A stretch of 64,000 nt of DNA from an uncultured Erysipelotrichaceae bacterium (GTDB lineage Bacteria > Bacillota_I > Bacilli_A > RF39 > UBA660). Below the pieces are notes generated by a model. The model was not told the DNA's origin. It was given only the letters and a program-made list of their open reading frames with translations, and ran no database searches. This document shows positions 9,995 through 18,642 of the stretch, in pieces. The position numbers and the translations under genes were made by a program. The stretch lies in the NCBI GenBank assembly GCA_902795215.1, contig CADBKG010000008.1, positions 8,749 through 72,748 on the forward strand, given 5' to 3'. Each line of letters begins with the position of its first letter. Position 1 is the first letter of the stretch.

Positions 9995-12364
9995 ATGGTG
10001 TTAATTATGGATGTAAATATATTTAATAAAAAAGTAGTAATATTAAAAGATAAAGCTAAAAAAAGTTTTGTTAAAATGCTTAGTAATAGTGATAACTTAA
10101 TAAATGTTAAAATTATTACTTTGTCAGAGTTAAAAAAGAAAATATATTTTGATTATGAAAAAGATGCTATTGTTTATATTTCTAATAAATATAATGTAAT
10201 AACAGAAGTGGCTAAAGTTTATTTAGAAAGTTTATATAATAACCTAGATGCAGAAGGTGAAAAGATAGAGTTTTTGAAAACCTTAAAAAAAGATTTAGAT
10301 GATCAAAACTTATTAATATATGATAATATGTTTAAAAACTTTTTAAAGGGTAAAGATATAGTTTTATTTGATTTAAAATATGAAGATGCATTTTATGAAA
10401 ATATATTTAAAGAGTTAGAAAAAACTTCTAATATAATTAGGGTTGATATAGAAGGGGAAACATCCATAAAAGAAATATATCCTGCTTCTAATAAAGAAGA
10501 AGAAATTAGTTTTGTCGCTGAAGAAATTGCAAAAAAAATAATAAACGGAGTAGATATTAACAATATTAAACTTGCAAATGTAAGTGATGAATATAAATAT
10601 ACAATTAAAAAGATATTTAAGATGTTTAATATACCTGTAAACTTAAATGAAAAAGTATCTCTTAAAGGAACTAAATTACTTAAAACATTTAAAGAAAATT
10701 TTGATAAAGGTACAACTCTTGCTTTAGAAGAAACAAATAAGCTTGTTAAAAATAGTCAAGATGAAAAAATGTATAAAAAGATGATAGATGTTATAAATGA
10801 ATATGCAATTATCGATGAAGAGTATGATATAAAAGGGTATTTATTTGAAGATTTAGAAAATGCAAGTGTTAGTAAAAAGAAACTTAAAAATGCTGTAAAT
10901 ATTATAGATTTTGAAGATGATATTCTTAAAGATGATTATATTTATTTAATCAATTATAATCTAGGTTCAATTCCAAAAATAAAGATGGATGAAGATTATT
11001 TAAATGACAAGTTAAAAGAAACACTTGGACTTAGTCCATCTTATGAAATAAATAAAAGAGCAGTGTTAAATGTTCAAGAAAGAATTAGTAAAGTTAAAAA
11101 CTTGGTTGTCACATATTCCAAAAAAGATTTGACAAAAGAACTTTACATATCTCAAAGTTATAAAGGTGAGTTATTTACGGAAAAAACAATTGAAACTACG
11201 TACAAATATTCTGATTCATATAATAAAATCCTTTTGTTAAAAGCGCTTGATGAAAAGAAAAAGTATGGTACTGAAAGTGATGAATACAAGTTTTTAAGTA
11301 ATCATTACTCACTTGACTATTTAAGTTATGATAATAGTTTTAAAGGTGTAAATAAGTATTTGTTTAAAAACTATATAAAAGAAGGTCTTAATCTTTCTTA
11401 TACAAGTATTGATGAATACTATAAATGTAAATTTAGATATTACCTAGATAGAATACTAAAAATAGATAAAAATGAAGATACTTTTGCAACTATTATTGGT
11501 AATGTTTTTCATAAGATGTTAGAACTTTCTTATCAAGATGATTTTGATTTAGAAAAAGAATATAAAAAAGAAATAGATAATACGGATTATGAATTTAATA
11601 ATATGGAAAAGTTCTTTTTAGAAATATTATATGATGAAATAAATTTAATAATCGATACCATTAAAGAGCAAGACAAGCTTACTAGTTTAACTAGACGTGA
11701 ATTTGAAAAAAGAATTGCTATAAAAATAAAAGATGATCCAATTGTTTATTTTAAAGGATTTATAGATAAAGTAGTGTATGATGAGATAGATGGAAAAAAA
11801 GTATGTGTTATAGTTGATTATAAAACTGGTAATCCAGCATTAAATATTAATAATACTCCGTATGGAATTGGTATGCAGCTTCCTGTTTATATATATCTTT
11901 TGAAAGAAGATCATCCTGATAGCGAGATTGGTGGATTTTATTTACAAAAGATATTAAATGCAGAAGTTGAAATAGAGAAAAAACGTGAAAGTCTTAAATT
12001 ACAAGGTTACTCAAATAGTGATATAAAGATTTTAAGCTTAGTCGATAGCAGTTATAATTCTAGTAAATTAATTAAAGGAATGAAAACAACTGATAAAGGG
12101 TTTTATGCATACTCTAAAGTTCTTTCAAATGAAGAAATAGATAAACTATCGGATATAGTTAAAGAAAAAGTAATAGAGGCTGCAGAGGATATTATAAATG
12201 CAAACTTTGAAATAAATCCTAAATCTATAGATGGAACTTTAGTTGGATGTGAATACTGCAAGTTTAAAGATATATGTTTTAGAAAAAATGAAGATATAGT
12301 TAATCTTGAGAAAAAGGATTACAAAGAATTTTTAGGAGGTGACAAGAGTGAAGTGGACGCCTGA
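9995..12364 (+). CDS. addB: ATP-dependent helicase/nuclease subunit B (AddB/RexB), short form
   Basis: It lies immediately upstream of, and overlaps, addA. The C-terminus carries the AddB Fe-S cysteine pattern: YYKCKFRYY, then GCEYCKFKDIC (CxxCx5C). A RecB-type nuclease motif is present (DYKTG). The start is uncertain (ATG 9995 or 10007; the track start 9962 is TTG). I saw no Walker A motif. Confidence 0.8.
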   Translation: MVLIMDVNIFNKKVVILKDKAKKSFVKMLSNSDNLINVKIITLSELKKKIYFDYEKDAIVYISNKYNVITEVAKVYLESLYNNLDAEGEKIEFLKTLKKDLDDQNLLIYDNMFKNFLKGKDIVLFDLKYEDAFYENIFKELEKTSNIIRVDIEGETSIKEIYPASNKEEEISFVAEEIAKKIINGVDINNIKLANVSDEYKYTIKKIFKMFNIPVNLNEKVSLKGTKLLKTFKENFDKGTTLALEETNKLVKNSQDEKMYKKMIDVINEYAIIDEEYDIKGYLFEDLENASVSKKKLKNAVNIIDFEDDILKDDYIYLINYNLGSIPKIKMDEDYLNDKLKETLGLSPSYEINKRAVLNVQERISKVKNLVVTYSKKDLTKELYISQSYKGELFTEKTIETTYKYSDSYNKILLLKALDEKKKYGTESDEYKFLSNHYSLDYLSYDNSFKGVNKYLFKNYIKEGLNLSYTSIDEYYKCKFRYYLDRILKIDKNEDTFATIIGNVFHKMLELSYQDDFDLEKEYKKEIDNTDYEFNNMEKFFLEILYDEINLIIDTIKEQDKLTSLTRREFEKRIAIKIKDDPIVYFKGFIDKVVYDEIDGKKVCVIVDYKTGNPALNINNTPYGIGMQLPVYIYLLKEDHPDSEIGGFYLQKILNAEVEIEKKRESLKLQGYSNSDIKILSLVDSSYNSSKLIKGMKTTDKGFYAYSKVLSNEEIDKLSDIVKEKVIEAAEDIINANFEINPKSIDGTLVGCEYCKFKDICFRKNEDIVNLEKKDYKEFLGGDKSEVDA

Positions 12365-15300
12365 ACAACAAGATGCCATATTTAAAAGTGGAACAAATAT
12401 AATAGTTAGTGCAGGGGCAGGATCTGGTAAAACTGCTGTGCTTTCTGAAAGAGTGCTTGAAAAGATTAAAAGTGGAATTCATATAAATGAACTTTTAATT
12501 TTAACCTTTACTCGCGCTGCCGCGGATGAAATGAAATATAGAATCAGAAAAAAACTAGCAAGTGATGAGACTTATAAAGAAGAACTTGATAAAATAGATT
12601 CATCTTATATAACTACATTTGATTCCTTCGCATTATCGGTGTTAAAAAAGTATCATTATATGCTTAACTTGCCTAAAAATATAAAAGTAAGTGATGAGTC
12701 ACTTGTTAGACTTAAAAAAGAAGAAATGTTTAATGAAATATTTGAAGAATTATATAAAGAAAAGGATATAGACTTTTTAAATTTTATTAAAAGATATTCT
12801 GTTAAAAATGATTCAAATATAAGAAAAACTATTATTTCTATTAGTAATAAAACAGATGGTTTTATTGAAAAAGAAGAGTATTTTAGATATATAAAAGAGG
12901 CATTTTATAGCGAAGATAATATTAATTCTCTTGTAATTAAATACGAAAATTTAGTTAAAGAAAAACAAGAAGAGTTAAAAGATGCAATCGATAATTTAAA
13001 TTACTATTTTGATGGAGATTATGTAAATAAAATTAATGATATACTTATTAATTTTTATACGTCTGAGTACAATACGTTATCTAAATTATCAAAAGTTAGA
13101 CTTCCAAATGCTCCAAAAGGGGCAAGCGAAGAAGAAAAAAGCGAAAAAGCTAAAGTAAAAACAGCTTTAGATGATCTTTTATCATACTGCAGTTTTGAAA
13201 GTCTAGATGCTATAAAAAAAGATATATTATCTACAAAAGAAGATGCATTTGTAATAATTAAAATACTCGATATATTCTATAGTAGATTTAAAGCTTACAA
13301 ATTAGAAAACAAAATATTTACATTTAATGATATAGCATATTATGCAATCGAAATATTAAAATCTAATGAATCAGCAAGATTAGAACTTAAAAATTCTTTT
13401 AAAGAAATAATGATTGATGAATATCAAGATACTAACGATGTTCAAGAAACATTTATGTCGCTTATATCTAATGATAATATTTACATGGTTGGTGATATTA
13501 AACAGTCTATTTATCGCTTTAGAGGGTCTAACCCTAGTATATTTAAAGATAAGTATGAAAATTATTCTAAATTAGATGGTGGAATAAAAATAGATTTGAT
13601 TAAAAACTTCCGTTCAAGAAGTGAAGTGCTAGATAATATAAATAGTGTATTTAAACTTATAATGGATTCTAAACTTGGTGGGGCAGATTATCAAAAGAAT
13701 TCATTAATGGTATATGGAAATAAATCATATGAAGAAAAAATGGATGATTTTAATTATAACTTAAGAGTTCTTGAGTATGATAAAGAAGATAAAACATTTG
13801 AAAACTTTGAAAAAGAAATATTTATAATCGCAAAAGATATAAAAGATAAAGTAGATAACCATATTAAAGTTTTGGATAAAGAAACAGGGAATTTAAGAGA
13901 TATAAACTATGGTGATTTTGTTATTATTTTAGATAGAAGCAAATATTTTGATGATTATAAGAAAATATTTGAATATTTAAAAATACCTATGACTATATTA
14001 AAAGATGGTAACATAGGTAAAAGTGATGATATTTATTTAATTAAAAATATGATAGACTTGATACTTAGAATTAATGCTGAAGATTTTAATGAAGATTTTA
14101 AACATGATATTTTAAGTATAGGAAGAAGTTATTTATATGAATATAGTGATGATATTTTATTTGATGCAATTATAAATAAAAATTATAAAGAATTACCATT
14201 ATATAAAGATTTTGAAGAGATAGAAGATATAAATTCTAAAAGCCCAAAAGATCTATTTGAAGAAATACTTGATATAACTAATTTATATGAAAAAATATAT
14301 AAAACAGGTGATTACTCTAATGTTGATATCAGACTTGAAAATATAGGTAATATTGCATCTAGTTTAAATGATATTGGTATGGGACTAGAAGAATTTAGAG
14401 ACTATTTAGAAGAGATTTTATCTAGTGATATGGAAATAAAATATACAGAGTTTAGTGAAGATGTAAAAAGCGTTAAAATTATGACAATTCATAAATCTAA
14501 AGGTCTTGAATTTCCAATATGCTACTTTGCAGATTTAGATCATGGATTTAATAAAAGTGATTTAAATGAAAAATTTATTGTAACAAATGAATTTGGGTTA
14601 GTAGTTCCAAGTGAAAATGAAACAAGCGTATTAAAAACTTTATATAAAGAGTCATATTTAAATGATGAAATAAGTGAAAAAATAAGATTATTTTATGTAG
14701 GTTTAACGAGAGCGAAAGAACAAATGATTATAGTTTTACCTTATAAAGATACTCATAAAGAATCTAAAGATAAAGATGGAGTTATAAAACTTAGTGTAAG
14801 GAAAAAATATAGTAAACTATCTGACTTTGTATATAGTATAAAAGATTATTTAAATGGTTTTTTTGAAAAAATAGATTTAGAAAGAATACCTTTAACTAAA
14901 AATTATCTGTTTATAAAAAAGGAAACTACGAGTGTTAAAAACGAAATAACACCTTTAAAGGTATTTGACATAAATATAGATAATACTGAGGTAGAAGAGG
15001 GTAAATTCTCTAAAGAAACAACTAAATTAATAGATAAAAAAGCAAAAGAGAACATGAATTTTGGAACAAAAGTTCATGAAGCATTAGAACTTGTTGATTT
15101 TAAAAAGAGAAATACAGATATTATTGAAGATAAGTTCATTAGAGAAAAAGTAGAAAACTTCTTATCAAACTTGAAGCTTGATAATATAGATAATGCAAAT
15201 ATTTATCATGAATTTGAATTTATTTATGAAGATAAAACGAGAGAAATGACGGGTATAATCGATTTAATGATAGAATATGAAGATCATATAGATATAATTG

Positions 15301-15440
15301 ATTATAAACTTAAAAATGTAGATGATGAGAACTATATTAATCAGCTTAATGGATATAGAGATTATATTAAAAATAAAAAAGATAAAAGAGTTGATATATA
15401 TTTATATTCAATACTTAATAATGAGTTTAAAAACCTATAA
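12348..15440 (+). CDS. addA: ATP-dependent helicase/nuclease subunit A (AddA), UvrD/Rep-type
   Basis: AGGAGG at 12334-12339 favours GTG 12348 (MKWTPEQQDAIF). Motifs include Walker A GAGSGKT, DEYQDTN, IHKSKGLEF, and the C-terminal RecB-family nuclease motif GIIDLM...DIIDYK. Confidence 0.9.
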   Translation: MKWTPEQQDAIFKSGTNIIVSAGAGSGKTAVLSERVLEKIKSGIHINELLILTFTRAAADEMKYRIRKKLASDETYKEELDKIDSSYITTFDSFALSVLKKYHYMLNLPKNIKVSDESLVRLKKEEMFNEIFEELYKEKDIDFLNFIKRYSVKNDSNIRKTIISISNKTDGFIEKEEYFRYIKEAFYSEDNINSLVIKYENLVKEKQEELKDAIDNLNYYFDGDYVNKINDILINFYTSEYNTLSKLSKVRLPNAPKGASEEEKSEKAKVKTALDDLLSYCSFESLDAIKKDILSTKEDAFVIIKILDIFYSRFKAYKLENKIFTFNDIAYYAIEILKSNESARLELKNSFKEIMIDEYQDTNDVQETFMSLISNDNIYMVGDIKQSIYRFRGSNPSIFKDKYENYSKLDGGIKIDLIKNFRSRSEVLDNINSVFKLIMDSKLGGADYQKNSLMVYGNKSYEEKMDDFNYNLRVLEYDKEDKTFENFEKEIFIIAKDIKDKVDNHIKVLDKETGNLRDINYGDFVIILDRSKYFDDYKKIFEYLKIPMTILKDGNIGKSDDIYLIKNMIDLILRINAEDFNEDFKHDILSIGRSYLYEYSDDILFDAIINKNYKELPLYKDFEEIEDINSKSPKDLFEEILDITNLYEKIYKTGDYSNVDIRLENIGNIASSLNDIGMGLEEFRDYLEEILSSDMEIKYTEFSEDVKSVKIMTIHKSKGLEFPICYFADLDHGFNKSDLNEKFIVTNEFGLVVPSENETSVLKTLYKESYLNDEISEKIRLFYVGLTRAKEQMIIVLPYKDTHKESKDKDGVIKLSVRKKYSKLSDFVYSIKDYLNGFFEKIDLERIPLTKNYLFIKKETTSVKNEITPLKVFDINIDNTEVEEGKFSKETTKLIDKKAKENMNFGTKVHEALELVDFKKRNTDIIEDKFIREKVENFLSNLKLDNIDNANIYHEFEFIYEDKTREMTGIIDLMIEYEDHIDIIDYKLKNVDDENYINQLNGYRDYIKNKKDKRVDIYLYSILNNEFKNL

Positions 15441-15447
15441 TAAAGAC

Positions 15448-15475
15448 TTAACGAAATTGTTAAGTTTTTTGTTTA
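15448..15475 (+). terminator. intrinsic terminator after addA
   Basis: ACTTAAC-gaaatt-GTTAAGT is followed by tttttt. Confidence 0.6.
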
Positions 15476-15522
15476 CAAATCAACTACTTTGTGGTAGTAT
15501 AATTAACACTTTCGGAGGGGTT

Positions 15523-17016
15523 ATGGAAAGAGAAGAAATGTTAAACACTATTATAAATAGCACATATTATAAAGAGAATCCTAATTTGAGAATATATATT
15601 GATGATGTAAAAAGTTACAAAGAAGAATCTAATGAAAAGATTAAGGATTTAGCTATTAAGGCTCAAAGAGGGGATAAAACGGAATTAGAAAAAATTTTTA
15701 GTCATTATCAAATGGCAGTTCTTCAATATGCTTTTGAAAACGTAAACGAAGATGTAGATATTATGGATTTAATTCAAGCTGGGAATGAAGGAATATATAA
15801 AGCAGTAGAATTTTATAAGTACAATTTAAAAAGTTGTTTTAGTACTATTGTTATTAATTATATAAAACGTGAAATAAAGAAAGAAACTTATAATCAACAA
15901 TTTATTCAAAAACATGGATTTGAAATTCCTGATGGTTATCAAGCTGCTTCAGAAGCTTATAATAAAGCTAAAAAAATACTTGGATATGAACCCAGTAAAG
16001 AAGAAGTATTATCTTTAACAAATGCTAACAAATTGAGTACTAATAAGTATTATTCTTTACCAATTATCGATATAGAATTAGATAAAGGTTTTTCTAAGGA
16101 ACAATACGAAGAACTAAAAGAATTATCATGTTTACTACAAGAATTTAAAGAACCCGATAGTGATATTGACAAAAAGATGATTATAAATGCCCTTTTAGAT
16201 CGCTTAAGAAAAAGAAGAAGACAAATTGTTGAAATGTACTTTGGATTAAATGGAGAAGAACCAAAAAAAATACAAGAAATAGCTGATTATTATGGCGTAA
16301 GTAAACAAAATATATCAGCAGCAATAAATGAATCACTTAAAAAAATGAAAAAAATAATGATAGAAACAAATGGTAATATAAATTTAATAAAAGAAAATCC
16401 AAAGAAAGAAAAACATAAAAATAAATATATTCCGCAGGATGAAGGGAAAAGTTTTTATCAAATATTTGAACAATACGATGTAGAAACGAATGATATAATC
16501 AAGGTTTTATCTACTTTAGAAAAAAAATATATGAAGATTTTAGAAAAAAAATTTGGAAAAGACTTAAATGGAGAAGCATCAAACAGATTAACAAAAGAAG
16601 AAGATAATACGTTTTATAATGTTATTCTTACGATTATACTATTTAGAGCTTGTACTATTAAAGAACAGCGATTGGAACAAGAAAAACAGGAATACTTAAA
16701 GTATATGAATATAATAAATGATGAAAAATTAGAATTAGCATATTTTTTATCAAGTGAAGACTTTAAAAATCAAATCAAATATTTAGATGTTGCAAAAGTG
16801 TTTATTACAAAACTAAAATTTGGAGCAATTAATGGGGAAGAATATAGTGAAGAAAATATTGCTTACTTTTTAAAATTTAGTAAATCATATATTTATGAAT
16901 GCATTAAAGAAATAGTCACATTATGCAATAATTTAAACAATAATAAATTTAGAAATTATCTAGCATACTATGAAAATGAAAAAGAAATAGCAAAAGAAAA
17001 GGGAATAAAATTATGA
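15523..17016 (+). CDS. divergent sigma-70 family protein with ~220-aa C-terminal extension
   Basis: GGAGGGG at 15514-15520 supports ATG 15523 (MEREEML). Region 2 is DLIQAGNEGIYKAVEFYKY. A region-3-like segment is KAKKILGYEPSKEEVLSL. The region 4 HTH is RRRQIVEMYFGLNGEEPKKIQEIADYYGVSKQNISAAINESLKKMKK. An extension follows containing a second region-4-like segment (KLKFGAINGEEYSEENIAYFLKFSKSYIYECIKE). Confidence 0.75.
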   Translation: MEREEMLNTIINSTYYKENPNLRIYIDDVKSYKEESNEKIKDLAIKAQRGDKTELEKIFSHYQMAVLQYAFENVNEDVDIMDLIQAGNEGIYKAVEFYKYNLKSCFSTIVINYIKREIKKETYNQQFIQKHGFEIPDGYQAASEAYNKAKKILGYEPSKEEVLSLTNANKLSTNKYYSLPIIDIELDKGFSKEQYEELKELSCLLQEFKEPDSDIDKKMIINALLDRLRKRRRQIVEMYFGLNGEEPKKIQEIADYYGVSKQNISAAINESLKKMKKIMIETNGNINLIKENPKKEKHKNKYIPQDEGKSFYQIFEQYDVETNDIIKVLSTLEKKYMKILEKKFGKDLNGEASNRLTKEEDNTFYNVILTIILFRACTIKEQRLEQEKQEYLKYMNIINDEKLELAYFLSSEDFKNQIKYLDVAKVFITKLKFGAINGEEYSEENIAYFLKFSKSYIYECIKEIVTLCNNLNNNKFRNYLAYYENEKEIAKEKGIKL

Positions 17017-18380
17017 TAGAAAAAGTAGTAAAAGTATATGCTGATATGGGATATAATCCTAAAGAAGAAACAACGAAATACTGGTATAAAGTAGTTAATA
17101 TACTAAAAATATATGAATCAGCAGGTTGTGAAATAAATTATGCTTTAATAGCACATATTATTAGTATAGTAAAACATAAAGAAAAGTACCAAAGTCAAAT
17201 ATCTATGTTTTTAAAAGAGGCATTAGATGGAAATTCAATTGCTCAAAAAATAGTAATAGAATATTATGAAGATAAAGTAATAAAAGTTGCAAGTAATTAT
17301 ATTAATAAAGGATATGATTTTGATGAGCTTGTAAATGAAGGAATACTTAAAATATATGATTCTTTAACGAAAAAACCATCAAGTTTATTTTTCAACAATA
17401 TTATTCAAAGATTACATATATTCTATATGCGTATTGTAAAAGATAAAGAAACAATTAGTTATGAAAGGACTTATCAAAATTTAGATTCTCATGAAAAAAA
17501 GAAATATATAGATAATTCTATAATGGAATATAATATAACTGAAGAAGATATTTTAAGTCGAATTAGTGCAGAAAATATCAAAGATTATTTAAAAGATTTA
17601 CCTGATGAAAAACATCAAAGAATTATTGAGAAGCGCTTTGGATTATTAACTGGAGAAGAAATGACTCTTGAGGCAATAGGCAAAGAAGAAAACTTGACAA
17701 AAGAAAGAGTAAGAATAATTGTTGATAATTGCTTAGTTATCTTAAAAAACAAAATTATTTATAATGAACGTATGGCTGAAGTAAATTCTCAGATAAAAGA
17801 TAGTAAAGTAAAAACTTTAGAAAATTATGTTTTTGAACGTAGATTTAACTCATTTTTTGATAAATTGGGATATGATTTATTTACAGTATCTTTTATGTTA
17901 AGACAAATAGATAATGAAACTAAAGAAAGATTAATCATTGAAATAGGGAACTATGATAGTTCTAGTAATAAAGAAAAGCAAATAATCTCAAAATATCCAG
18001 AAGTACTTGAAAAACTTGATGATATAAAGAAACAAATGCAATTTAATAGTAAGAAAGCAAGTTTAAAAAAAGCAGAAAAGGAAGAAAGAATAAAAGAACT
18101 TAAAGACTTTATACTTTTTTATGATTTTGATGAAGTTAATGATATAACTTTTGATATGAAATTATTGGTTACTAAATTATATTTAGGTATACTAAAAGAA
18201 GACGAAAAATATAGTATTGCAAAGATTTCAAGATTTTTAAAAATAAGTAAAGAAGAAGTCCAACAATATATTTATGATGTTATACAATATTGTAATACTA
18301 TTAATGATGGCATATTTGATGTTTGTCTTTCATATTATGAAGATAAATTTAAAAAAACAAAAAGCAAAAGTTTTAATTGA
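17013..18380 (+). CDS. second divergent sigma-70-like protein, paralogous C-terminal extension
   Basis: ATGA overlap with the upstream gene. Region 2-like LVNEGILKIYDSL. Region 4 is HQRIIEKRFGLLTGEEMTLEAIGKEENLTKERVRIIVDNCL. The C-terminal module (KLYLGILKEDEKYSIAKISRFLKISKEEVQQYIYDVIQYCN...LSYYEDK) parallels that of 15523-17016. Confidence 0.65.
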   Translation: MIEKVVKVYADMGYNPKEETTKYWYKVVNILKIYESAGCEINYALIAHIISIVKHKEKYQSQISMFLKEALDGNSIAQKIVIEYYEDKVIKVASNYINKGYDFDELVNEGILKIYDSLTKKPSSLFFNNIIQRLHIFYMRIVKDKETISYERTYQNLDSHEKKKYIDNSIMEYNITEEDILSRISAENIKDYLKDLPDEKHQRIIEKRFGLLTGEEMTLEAIGKEENLTKERVRIIVDNCLVILKNKIIYNERMAEVNSQIKDSKVKTLENYVFERRFNSFFDKLGYDLFTVSFMLRQIDNETKERLIIEIGNYDSSSNKEKQIISKYPEVLEKLDDIKKQMQFNSKKASLKKAEKEERIKELKDFILFYDFDEVNDITFDMKLLVTKLYLGILKEDEKYSIAKISRFLKISKEEVQQYIYDVIQYCNTINDGIFDVCLSYYEDKFKKTKSKSFN

Positions 18381-18405
18381 CAAAACAGGGCGATAAGCCT
18401 ATAAT
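18377..18405 (+). promoter_or_regulatory. sigma-A type promoter for the ileS leader
   Basis: TTGACA (18377-18382), a 17-nt spacer, then TATAAT (18400-18405). Both hexamers match the consensus. Confidence 0.75.
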
Positions 18406-18630
18406 TATATGCATAAAGCAGTTGAGGAAGACGTCAAAATTCTAGAGTTTAAAGAGAGCTTGCGGTTGGTGAAAGCAAGTAAACAAGAAATTTTGTAAAT
18501 CACTTCTGATGCGATTTGGGGATAAGCCAAATACGTTTTACTCGCGTTAAGAGATTAAGCGCATGATAACTCATGAACTAAGGTGGTACCACGGGATTAT
18601 TCTCGCCCTTAGACTCATGAGTTTTTTTAT
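18406..18630 (+). promoter_or_regulatory. T-box riboswitch leader (Ile)
   Basis: The conserved T-box AAGGTGGTACCACGGG lies at 18580-18595. The AGAGA and GGTTGGTGAAAGC stem I motifs are present. A candidate AUC specifier sits in gtaaATCActt. The terminator helix AACTCATGAaCTAAGG...CCTTAGacTCATGAGTT plus a U-run (18568-18628) overlaps the T-box. Confidence 0.9.
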
Positions 18631-18642
18631 TTAGAAGGGAAG

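Noticed and set aside
15322-15522. ORF-track N-terminal extensions (15322 for sigma-like 1; also 23562 for thrS, 35461 for DUF1848, 37257 for ABC, 57636 for the RR, 40220 for cutA, 9962 for addB)
   Set aside because: In each case a downstream ATG or GTG has a proper GGAGG-type RBS. The extension overlaps a terminator, a T-box leader or the upstream gene, or it encodes implausible sequence.
17014-18380. Possibility of genetic code 4 (TGA = Trp), given the Mollicutes-like composition
   Set aside because: Conserved proteins (IleRS, ThrRS, FtsZ, UvrC, AddA) are full-length with Trp encoded by TGG and no in-frame TGA. TGA serves as a stop at 17014-17016 and 18378-18380, exactly where the next gene or promoter begins.
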